From: Candidatus Tenderia sp.
Lineage (GTDB): Bacteria > Pseudomonadota > Gammaproteobacteria > Tenderiales > Tenderiaceae
DNA: 25,017 nt
NCBI GenBank assembly: GCA_031416075.1
Contig: JANOSY010000086.1
Span: forward strand, 1-25,017
Direction of reading: 5' to 3'
The notes beneath the pieces are model-generated. The model was not told the origin of the DNA. It saw nothing but the letters and a program-made list of their open reading frames with translations, and did not search any database. Position numbers and translations under genes: made by a program. Positions 9,286-16,903 of the stretch are shown in pieces; the stretch's first letter is position 1; every line of letters starts with the position of its first letter.

Positions 9286-10110
9286 TTATCGCACCCGTAA
9301 ATAGCCAATCTGTTCCACAATGCGCTGCCCGGCATCCGACAACAGAAACTCAACAAAATCGTTGGCCGGCTTGTCCACATCGCCCATGAATAGAACATTT
9401 AACTCCCGCTGAATGGGATAGAGGCCATCCGCCACATGTTCAATGGTTGGCAACACCGCTTTACCAACATCGCCAATAGCCACCGCACGCACAGCATCAT
9501 TCAACCAGGCATTAGAGAGCATTCCAATCGCCTGACGACTGCCAGCGATGGCTGCCTGCTCCTCATTGTTTGAACCGGAGATAATCGTGGCACCCGGCGC
9601 ACGCGCCTGCTCATCACCCAACACCACCTTGGCAAAGACATGCCGGGTACCACGCGACGCCTCCTTGTCGATCACCAGAATAGCCGCATCGAGCCCGCCC
9701 ACCGCCTTCCAGTTTTTAATCTCGCCACGGTAGATAGCTGCAACCTGGGCCAGCGTCAGCGCTCTCACCCCACCCTCATAAACCGCCTTGGAGACAGCCA
9801 CAGCCACCGCATCACGCGCCACAGCCACCACTTTAAAACCAGGGGCAAGGCGCTGCTGCTCTTTAACCGTCAATGTCCGAGACAACATGCCGATCTCCGC
9901 CGTGCCCTGCTGTATGGCGGAGATGCCGACACCGGAACCACCACCCGATACCGTTAACGTCAGCGCTGGATTCAACTGCCGGTACTGCTTGGCCGCCTCC
10001 GCAATGATTGGCAACACCGTGGTAGAACCCACCACACGCAACTGCTCTGCCGCCTGTAGTGGTAAAACAAAGATCGATATGATCACCAACAGAAAAAATG
10101 GATAAGACAA
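9286..10110 (-). CDS. pstS: PstS-family periplasmic anion-binding protein with an atypical pocket
   Basis: Signal peptide ending LQA-A; motifs GSTTV, GGGSGVG, GMLSR, A.DAVAV and YPIQREL. TTG start preceded by GGGGAGAG. Confidence 0.85.
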   Translation of the reverse strand: MSYPFFLLVIISIFVLPLQAAEQLRVVGSTTVLPIIAEAAKQYRQLNPALTLTVSGGGSGVGISAIQQGTAEIGMLSRTLTVKEQQRLAPGFKVVAVARDAVAVAVSKAVYEGGVRALTLAQVAAIYRGEIKNWKAVGGLDAAILVIDKEASRGTRHVFAKVVLGDEQARAPGATIISGSNNEEQAAIAGSRQAIGMLSNAWLNDAVRAVAIGDVGKAVLPTIEHVADGLYPIQRELNVLFMGDVDKPANDFVEFLLSDAGQRIVEQIGYLRVR

Positions 10111-10157
10111 GGTACTCTCCCCAACAGATCGTCGTTATTCAACAGAATCCACCCATA

Positions 10158-10184
10158 GTCGCATAGCCCCACCACACCTTACAC
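10158..10184 (-). promoter_or_regulatory. Putative ECF sigma promoter for the pst-like operon
   Basis: Minus strand GTGTAAGGT-N14-CGAC (i.e. GTAAG-N16-CGAC). Identical boxes and spacing to the plus-strand copy. Confidence 0.65.
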
Positions 10185-10215
10185 CTAAGGTTCACAAAAG
10201 AGACTCCGTTACCCT

Positions 10216-10242
10216 GTGTAAGGTTCAAGCGCCTGCCACGAC
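10216..10242 (+). promoter_or_regulatory. Putative ECF sigma promoter for the arsS operon
   Basis: Plus strand GTGTAAGGT (10216-10224)-N14-CGAC (10239-10242), about 60 bp upstream of the first start codon. Confidence 0.65.
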
Positions 10243-10303
10243 CAGATACACAATGCCAGTATAGATCAGCAGCTGATTACAGTAGGATATGCAGGAGATA
10301 ACT

Positions 10304-11035
10304 ATGGATAGCCCCGCCAACCCCACAATGCCCCCCCCCAACCGCTGGATAAAACTCAGCATCGCTACCCTTTTTATAAGTGGCATCAGCGCCTTTTTCA
10401 TCTTTGGCGGTGATGATTTTCTATCGCTGAATGCACTGCGCAACAACCGCGACGCACTCCTGAACTATACACAGGAGCACTACACCCGCGCACTACTGCT
10501 GGCAATATTGATTTACGCCGTAGCCACCGCAATGAGTTTTCCCGGTGCCACCGTGCTGTCGCTGGCGGTTGGTTTTCTATTTGGCCGCTGGGTGGGCACG
10601 GCAATCATCCTCATCGCCGCTACGCTGGGTGCCACCTTGGTATTTCTTGCCGCCCGTTATCTGTTTGCAGACACCCTGCGTAAAAAGCTCAACAGTGGCA
10701 TGGCTGCAAAATTGATCAAGGGCTTTAATGACGACGCCTTCCACTACCTGCTATTTCTACGCTTGGTACCCATATTCCCATTTTGGCTCGTTAACTTGGC
10801 ACCCGCCTTCACACCTATTAAAGTACGCACCTATGTTTTGGGTACCATCATCGGCATCCTGCCCGGCTGTTTTATCTTTGCTAATCTAGGCCAATCACTT
10901 GGGCGTATTGAATCACTACAAGAGCTGCTCTCACTTGAGACCCTGCTGGCCTTTGCCCTGCTTGGACTCTTTGCCCTGGTGCCGGTTATGATAAAAAAAC
11001 TTCGCAAACCCGTTATGAATGAGGACAAACAATAA
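10304..11035 (+). CDS. TVP38/TMEM64 (DedA superfamily) membrane protein
   Basis: Motifs FPGATVLSLAVGFLFG, ATLGATLVFLAARYL and LFLRLVPIFPFWLVNL. An AGGAG RBS at 10293-10297 supports ATG 10304. Confidence 0.92.
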   Translation: MDSPANPTMPPPNRWIKLSIATLFISGISAFFIFGGDDFLSLNALRNNRDALLNYTQEHYTRALLLAILIYAVATAMSFPGATVLSLAVGFLFGRWVGTAIILIAATLGATLVFLAARYLFADTLRKKLNSGMAAKLIKGFNDDAFHYLLFLRLVPIFPFWLVNLAPAFTPIKVRTYVLGTIIGILPGCFIFANLGQSLGRIESLQELLSLETLLAFALLGLFALVPVMIKKLRKPVMNEDKQ

Positions 11036-11985
11036 TGCACGCCACACTGCCACTGCTTGAAGCCACTAAATTTCCGGCCATTAAACGGGGCACACTCACT
11101 ACACTGCAAGTCAACTTAGGCTATCGCTGCAATCAACAGTGTTTGCATTGCCATGTTAACGCAGGGCCTAAACGCACCGAAAACATGAATCGTGAAACGG
11201 TGGATCAGGTACTGCAGCTACTCCGCAGTTCAGGTGCCAAACAGCTCGACCTCACGGGCGGTGCGCCAGAGCTCAACCCCAACTTCCGTTATCTGATTAC
11301 CGAGGCGCGTAAACTTGGCGTCCATGTGATTGACCGCTGTAACCTGACCATCCTGTTTGAACCTGGACAGGAGGGGCTGGCACAGTTTCTCGCAGACCAT
11401 CAGGTTGAAGTAGTCGCCTCACTCCCCTGTTACCTGAAAGAGAATGTTGATCAACAGCGGGGCAAAGGTGTCTTTGACAGCAGTCTGGCAGCACTCAAAC
11501 TGCTCAACACCCTCGGTTACGGCAAAACACTCCCACTCAATTTAATGTACAACCCACAAGGGCCATCCCTGCCACCCCCCCAGGCACCCCTTGAAGCAGA
11601 CTTTCGTCAACGACTCTGGGACGATTACAACATTGTCTTCAGCAATCTATACACACTGACCAACATGCCGATCCAACGTTTTGGCTCAACACTCATCTCC
11701 AAGGGGCAGTTTGCCGAATACATGCAGCTCCTGCGTGATAACTATCAAGCCGACAACCTTGACGGCGTCATGTGTCGCCACCTGATCAGCATTGACTGGC
11801 AAGGGTATCTCTATGATTGCGATTTCAACCAGATGTTAAAACTCCCCGCACCCGTCAGCCATAAACCCAATAGCCACATCAGCGATATCATTGGCGTTGA
11901 TCTGCATGGAACGCCGATCGTGGTCAAAGACCACTGTTACGGCTGTACCGCCGGGCAAGGTAGTAGCTGCGGCGGGGCGCTGTAA
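11035..11985 (+). CDS. arsS: Arsenosugar biosynthesis radical SAM protein ArsS (Cys form)
   Basis: TLQVNLGYRCNQQCLHCHVNAGP (CxxxCxxC); DLTGGAPE; DRCNLT; ASLPCY; YDCDFNQML; C-terminal HCYGCTAGQGSSCGG. TAATG overlap with the upstream gene. Confidence 0.92.
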   Translation: MHATLPLLEATKFPAIKRGTLTTLQVNLGYRCNQQCLHCHVNAGPKRTENMNRETVDQVLQLLRSSGAKQLDLTGGAPELNPNFRYLITEARKLGVHVIDRCNLTILFEPGQEGLAQFLADHQVEVVASLPCYLKENVDQQRGKGVFDSSLAALKLLNTLGYGKTLPLNLMYNPQGPSLPPPQAPLEADFRQRLWDDYNIVFSNLYTLTNMPIQRFGSTLISKGQFAEYMQLLRDNYQADNLDGVMCRHLISIDWQGYLYDCDFNQMLKLPAPVSHKPNSHISDIIGVDLHGTPIVVKDHCYGCTAGQGSSCGGAL

Positions 11986-11991
11986 ATTACC

Positions 11992-12717
11992 GTGCAAGCG
12001 GCCATAGATAACAAGGATGGCGGCGCGCCACGACCCGCGACACTCAAACTCTCCATCATCATCCCAACCCTCAATGAGGCGGAGAGCATCATCAACATCC
12101 TCACCGCGTTACAGCCGATACGGCAACAGGGGCACGAGGTGATTGTCTGCGATGGCGGCAGCAGTGATAACACTGCCGTGCTGGCGCAACCACTGGTGGA
12201 TACGTTAGTTCAGAGCGAACGTGGTCGCGCCCTGCAGATGAATAGCGGGGCCAGCCATGCCAGCGGTGATATTCTGCTGTTTCTGCATGCCGATACCCAG
12301 CTCCCCGATAACGCAGCGTTACTGATTGAAGAGGCATTAAACAGAAAAACCTGGGGCCGTTTTGATGTGCGCCTCACAGGGCAACAACCGCTGTTACGTT
12401 TGATCGAATATATGATGAACAGACGCTCACAACTGACCGGCATATGTACCGGCGATCAGGCCATCTTTATTCGCCAGGGTCTGTTCCGCGCCATCGGTGG
12501 CTATCCTGATATTGCCCTGATGGAAGATATCGCCATCAGCCGCATGCTGAAACCCCAGAGTCACCCCGCCCGTATAAAAACAGCCGTTCTAACCTCCAGC
12601 CGTCGTTGGGAGCGCCGGGGCATTATACAAACCGTACTACTGATGTGGTGGTTGCGACTCGCCTACTTCTTTGGCCGCGACCCCGAGCAGCTCGCCAAAC
12701 GTTATCAACAGGGTTAA
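11992..12717 (+). CDS. TIGR04283-type family 2 glycosyltransferase (ArsS-associated)
   Basis: LSIIIPTLNE, DGGSSD, GRALQMNSGA, LFLHADT, GDQAIF, LMED and TSSRRW motifs, plus gene context. Confidence 0.9.
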   Translation: MQAAIDNKDGGAPRPATLKLSIIIPTLNEAESIINILTALQPIRQQGHEVIVCDGGSSDNTAVLAQPLVDTLVQSERGRALQMNSGASHASGDILLFLHADTQLPDNAALLIEEALNRKTWGRFDVRLTGQQPLLRLIEYMMNRRSQLTGICTGDQAIFIRQGLFRAIGGYPDIALMEDIAISRMLKPQSHPARIKTAVLTSSRRWERRGIIQTVLLMWWLRLAYFFGRDPEQLAKRYQQG

Positions 12718-12719
12718 CG

Positions 12720-13334
12720 ATGCAACTCCCTGACGCCTGTATCATCATCTTTGCCAAAGCCCCCATCCCTGGCCAGACCAAAACACGACTGATCCCGGCG
12801 TTAGGGGCAAAGGGGGCGGCTGCACTCCATGAAAAGCTGGTGACACATACACTCAATACCACCACTCAAGCCAACCTCTGCCCGGTAGAGCTCTGGTGTG
12901 CGGATGCAACAGAACACCCATTTTTCGACGATCTTCAACGCCGTTATCCCATCACGCTCAAACAGCAACGGGGCGACGATCTTGGCCAGCGAATGAGTCA
13001 CGCCTTTGACGTCACGCTCACACAACGACCCTACGCCCTGCTCATCGGGAGTGATACCCCGTCACTCAACCGGCAAGATCTGCACGACGCACTCCAGGCG
13101 CTACAACAAGGCACGGAGTGCGTGCTCAACCCCGCCGCAGATGGTGGTTATGTACTCATCGGATTGCGCCGCGCTAACCCGGCGCTTTTCCAGAACATTC
13201 AATGGGGGGGTGACACCGTGTTAGCCGCCACCCGGCAACAGCTGTTAAAACAGAAAATGAGTTGGCGCGAACTTAAAACCCATCGTGACATCGATCGACC
13301 AGAAGATCTGCTGTTGTGTAATATCCCGTCATGA
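12720..13334 (+). CDS. TIGR04282/DUF2064-type transferase (ArsS-associated)
   Basis: FAKAPIPGQTKTRL, Q...DLGQRM, IGSD.P, PAADGGYVLIG and DIDRPEDL. The true start is ATG 12720 rather than 12606. Confidence 0.9.
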   Translation: MQLPDACIIIFAKAPIPGQTKTRLIPALGAKGAAALHEKLVTHTLNTTTQANLCPVELWCADATEHPFFDDLQRRYPITLKQQRGDDLGQRMSHAFDVTLTQRPYALLIGSDTPSLNRQDLHDALQALQQGTECVLNPAADGGYVLIGLRRANPALFQNIQWGGDTVLAATRQQLLKQKMSWRELKTHRDIDRPEDLLLCNIPS

Positions 13335-13801
13335 TCAGCCATCTTCAAACCCGCACATACCATTCCCCACGCCTGTGGCCACTCCTGCTGATCCTGCTCC
13401 TGATAACCAGCCGTGTCAGCCACGCCGCTGACACACGCATCACCATCAACGGCGTTGGTTTTGATGTCGAGCTGGCGATCACTCAAGAGGAACAGAGCCA
13501 GGGGTTGATGGGGAGAACCCATCTGGAAAAAGGAACCGGCATGTTATTTGTCTACAGCGACCCCAGAGAGCTATCATTTTGGATGAAGGAGACACTCATC
13601 CCGCTGGATATCCTCTTTTTTGACCATAACAGCACACTGATCAAACTCTTCAGCAAAGTCCCCCCCTGTAAAAAAGATCCTTGCAAAACCTATTCAACCC
13701 CCAGCCCCGCTCTATACGTACTTGAACTGCCTGCCGGTACCGCAAAAAAAATAAAACTAAAACCCGGCGACAGGTTCCTACATGCCAGCCCTCTGGAGTA
13801 A
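13331..13801 (+). CDS. DUF192 family exported protein
   Basis: Signal peptide; VELA...GLM.R, GMLFVY, FWMKET.IPLDILF and YVLELPAG; PPC...PC pair. ATGA overlap with the upstream gene. Confidence 0.9.
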   Translation: MISHLQTRTYHSPRLWPLLLILLLITSRVSHAADTRITINGVGFDVELAITQEEQSQGLMGRTHLEKGTGMLFVYSDPRELSFWMKETLIPLDILFFDHNSTLIKLFSKVPPCKKDPCKTYSTPSPALYVLELPAGTAKKIKLKPGDRFLHASPLE

Positions 13802-13867
13802 CGCCAGTTCACTTAAAACACCTTGTACCAATGCCTTATTGACACCCACCGGAAGAACGTGAAACCA

Positions 13868-13895
13868 TTGCCTCCATGATTAACCCGTCTACACT
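13868..13895 (+). promoter_or_regulatory. Possible sigma70 promoter giving a near-leaderless transcript for the His-rich leader ORF
   Basis: TTGCCT-N16-TACACT ending 8 bp before ATG 13904, which has no obvious RBS. Confidence 0.35.
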
Positions 13896-13903
13896 CAGCA
13901 AAC

Positions 13904-14299
13904 ATGCCGCGCCTGTATAAACGCCCAGGCCATATCCTGATGGTCATCCTGACCATCCTGGCACTGCTATCTATCCAGACCCAGCTATTCCATACCCATG
14001 CCCCACATAACCACTCTGCTTCACACATCGATATCGATCAACACCACAGTGAGTTTCACCTAAGTGCTACCGATCTCAATGACAACGAGCATGATGTTGC
14101 GTCTGAAGTAGACCTGTCATCCAAAGCTGTTGTTAAAAACATTAAATTCAGTGCCTCACTGCTAGCGATATTGGCGCTTATTGTTATTCTTTTTGTTCCG
14201 TCTATCCTCAGTAACCAGACCCGGCTGGTCCAACAAAAAAGTTCCATTAACAACCTCCGTCCATTTTTACGTCCCCCTCCACACGCACCACCCTATTAA
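13904..14299 (+). CDS. His-rich exported/membrane leader protein with a C-terminal HAPP motif (CzcI/DUF2946-like; candidate arrest peptide)
   Basis: N-terminal hydrophobic segment, His-rich HTHAPHNHSASHIDIDQHHSEFH, a second hydrophobic segment and C-terminus RPPPHAPPY*. Lies directly upstream of the czcC-like gene. Confidence 0.75.
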   Translation: MPRLYKRPGHILMVILTILALLSIQTQLFHTHAPHNHSASHIDIDQHHSEFHLSATDLNDNEHDVASEVDLSSKAVVKNIKFSASLLAILALIVILFVPSILSNQTRLVQQKSSINNLRPFLRPPPHAPPY

Positions 14300-14462
14300 T
14301 CCCCTCTGATTCATCAAACAGCGCCAGTGTAACAACGGTGTAGTAACCACCCACTGCCGTCTGCCACGCTGTTGAGCACCTTATCCATCTATATTTTTAC
14401 TGGCCGTGGCCTGCTCACTTTTATAGTGCAGTGCCGTTCAGCCAGAACAGAGGAATTTTATC

Positions 14463-15752
14463 GTGTCGAGAACCGTTTTCGAACGCACCATACATGGGGT
14501 GTACGTCACCACCCTGATGGTGATTACCAGCAGCGCAATGGCCCAAACCACCCCCTGGACGCTGGAATCATCGGTCCAGCAGGTACTGGAGGTGGCCCCT
14601 GAACGGCAAGCTGCCGAGGCCGAGGTGATGATTCTGCAAGGCCACCGGCAGCAAGCCGGACGCTGGCACAACCCCACCATTGAGCTGGGGGCCAGCAACG
14701 CCATGAGTAAAGAGGATGGCCAAGGGGGCACCACACTCAACGACATCACCATCCGACAGCCACTGCCACTGAGCGGCCGCCTTAATCTGCAACGTCAGCA
14801 GGCCGATGCCCAGCTCAAACAGGCCCAGGCCGGGGTATCAGAGCAGAACCTGACATTGGAGTATGAGGCCGCCCGTGTTTTCCACAGCCTGCAGCTCAAC
14901 CGCGCCCTGAATCAGCTGGCAGAACAGCGGTTACAGAGTGCCGATGAGTTCCAGCACATCGGCCGTCGCCGCGAACAGGCGGGGGATCTCTCCCGTCTGG
15001 AGCGGCTACGGCTCGACCTGATCCGCGAAAACGCCAGCCAACTCATCGCCAATACTGAAGGCAAGGAGAGTGAGTCGCTGAGCGATTTTAGAACCCTGTT
15101 AAACCTGACCGAGACAGAACCCGGCGTCACTGCGCTGGAGCAGATGCCACCCTACCCCGCACTCGCCGAGCTGGAGCAACAGCTGGAGCAGCACCCCGCA
15201 CTGCTCGCCGCCCGGCAGAAAATAACCGCCGCCCGTAATGGCATTGATATCGCCCGCGCCAGCCGCCTGGCCGATCCTGAACTCTGGCTCTCACGGGGAC
15301 GCGACTATCTGGGGGGACAACGCCAGGATGTGACTGCCTTTGGTGTCGCCATCACCTTACCGCTTTGGAACAACGGTACCGGCCAGATCGACTCCGCCCG
15401 TGCAACACGGGACAAGGCGCAGTTTGAACTGGAGACAGTGCAACGCCAGCTCAGCAACCGGTTACGTCTTAACCATCTGCATCTGGGCCACCTGCTGGAA
15501 CAGGCGCAAACGTATCTGCCCAAGGTGCTGGAGCCTGCCGAGCAGCTTTTTCAACTCAGCCGTAGCGGATTTAACGCCGGTGAGGTGGAGATTCTTGCCC
15601 TGGTGGATGCCGTCAACGGCTACTACGAAGCCCGCGCCCGCTATCTGGAGCTGTTACAGCAGACCTGGCTGGAGGCGGCTGAACTGCGCCGCTCCGCCGG
15701 TATATCCCTGCTGACAGCCACCCCCCCTATCACTAAAGGAATCGTACAATGA
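14463..15752 (+). CDS. czcC: TolC-family outer membrane factor, CzcC-like
   Basis: Signal peptide, duplicated OEP repeat pattern (NP.IELG / DPELWL; QPLPL / ITLPLW; AGD / AGE). AGAGGA RBS 8 nt before the GTG start. Confidence 0.85.
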   Translation: MSRTVFERTIHGVYVTTLMVITSSAMAQTTPWTLESSVQQVLEVAPERQAAEAEVMILQGHRQQAGRWHNPTIELGASNAMSKEDGQGGTTLNDITIRQPLPLSGRLNLQRQQADAQLKQAQAGVSEQNLTLEYEAARVFHSLQLNRALNQLAEQRLQSADEFQHIGRRREQAGDLSRLERLRLDLIRENASQLIANTEGKESESLSDFRTLLNLTETEPGVTALEQMPPYPALAELEQQLEQHPALLAARQKITAARNGIDIARASRLADPELWLSRGRDYLGGQRQDVTAFGVAITLPLWNNGTGQIDSARATRDKAQFELETVQRQLSNRLRLNHLHLGHLLEQAQTYLPKVLEPAEQLFQLSRSGFNAGEVEILALVDAVNGYYEARARYLELLQQTWLEAAELRRSAGISLLTATPPITKGIVQ

Positions 15753-16900
15753 GAACACTACCCCTGCACTCTGCCCTTATCTGCCTGCTGCTCCCGCTCA
15801 CTGGCTACGCCTTGGAGCTGACACCGCAGCAACAGTCCAGCCTTAAAATCGATACAGTCACACTACAGGCACGTGAATCGGCCGCCACCGTAATAGCCAG
15901 CGGCACGCTGCAAGCAGACCAGAAGCGGCTCTTCCGGGTGACCCCGGTGGTCGCCGGACTGGTCACTGATCTGAACGTGGTGGCGCAGACCACCGTCCGT
16001 AAAGGCCAGCTGCTGGCACAGCTGCACAGCAACGCGCTGGGCGAGGCCCAGGCAGAGTATCTGGACGCGCTGTCCCGGCATGAGGTGGCGCAGAGTGATC
16101 TGCAACGCATTCAATCCCTATATAAGGAGGGAGTCGTAGCAGAAAGCCGTCTGCAAGAGGCCGACAGCCAACACAAATCGGTCCAGGCGATGCTTGACCA
16201 GAAACGTCGCGCCCTGACACTGGCCGGTGTTAACAAGGCCGGCATTGAGGCCCTCACACACCAGCCTGATCAACTGGCCCGCTACCCACTTGTCAGCCCC
16301 GCCAATGGCGTGGTGCTGGAGGTCTCCATTGAGAATGGCCAGATGTTGGCAGCGGGTGAGACCGCTTTTCGCATCGCCGACCTGAGTAAACTCTGGGCCG
16401 AGATTCGCATCCCGGTCAGCACCATGGCGCAGATAAAACCTGGCAGCCAAGTGGCCATCAAGGTCGCCGCCTTTCCGCAACAGAGCTTCCCCGGCCAACT
16501 CCAGAGCCTCAGTGGCGAGGTAGAGGCTGAGAGCCAGACGATCTCCGGACGGGCAGTGATCGACAATAGCAAGGGGCTGCTGCGCCCCGGCATGTACGTA
16601 CAGGCAGAGTTGCAAGGGGTAGCCGAGTCGGGGCTGATGGCACCGGCCAGCGCCCTTTTCCGGCGCGGTAACGACAATTACCTCTTCAAGGTCACGGGCC
16701 CACGCAGCTATGATCCCGTCAAAGTCACCGTTGGCGGCAGCAGCAACGGCTGGGTCAGCATCAAGTCAGTCGCTTCCGCCATCCCTGGCTCTCGCGACAC
16801 TTGTACGTCGTGTACATCGGGTATCGCGGCAGGCACTGTGGTGGTCAGCAGCGGCGTGGCAGAACTCAAATCCCACTGGCAGTACAAGGGAGGCGAGTAG
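15749..16900 (+). CDS. czcB: RND efflux periplasmic adaptor (MFP), CzcB-like
   Basis: Lipoyl half-motifs (VAGLV...VRKGQLLAQL; SPANGVV), IADLSKLWAE and LRPGMYV. ATGA overlap with czcC. Confidence 0.88.
   Translation: MRTLPLHSALICLLLPLTGYALELTPQQQSSLKIDTVTLQARESAATVIASGTLQADQKRLFRVTPVVAGLVTDLNVVAQTTVRKGQLLAQLHSNALGEAQAEYLDALSRHEVAQSDLQRIQSLYKEGVVAESRLQEADSQHKSVQAMLDQKRRALTLAGVNKAGIEALTHQPDQLARYPLVSPANGVVLEVSIENGQMLAAGETAFRIADLSKLWAEIRIPVSTMAQIKPGSQVAIKVAAFPQQSFPGQLQSLSGEVEAESQTISGRAVIDNSKGLLRPGMYVQAELQGVAESGLMAPASALFRRGNDNYLFKVTGPRSYDPVKVTVGGSSNGWVSIKSVASAIPGSRDTCTSCTSGIAAGTVVVSSGVAELKSHWQYKGGE
16769..16819. repeat. 51-nt double-hairpin palindromic element inserted in frame in the adaptor gene
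   Basis: GTCGC..GCCA-TCCC-TGGC..GCGAC followed by TGTAC-GTCGT-GTACA. It interrupts the conserved MFP motif W.xI.SG-[IL]xAG.xVV with 17 extra residues. Confidence 0.7.
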
Positions 16901-16903
16901 ACC

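Noticed and set aside
10111-10303. Pho box upstream of pstS
   Set aside because: No tandem CTGTCAT-like repeats with 11-bp periodicity. Only one isolated half-site-like TTACAG near 10277.
11968-11970. Selenocysteine in the ArsS C-terminal GSS(C/U)GG motif
   Set aside because: The codon is TGC (Cys), with no in-frame TGA.
12036-12044. CGCGACACT in the glycosyltransferase N-terminal extension matches the czcB insert (16793-16801)
   Set aside because: Only 9 bp with no flanking hairpins, so compatible with chance.
13860-13891. TGAAAC...CGTCTA ECF-like promoter before the leader ORF
   Set aside because: The 20-bp spacer is too long for this promoter class.
14372-14602. 76-aa ORF spanning the czcC leader
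   Set aside because: TTG start without an RBS, out-of-frame overlap with czcC and no recognisable motif.
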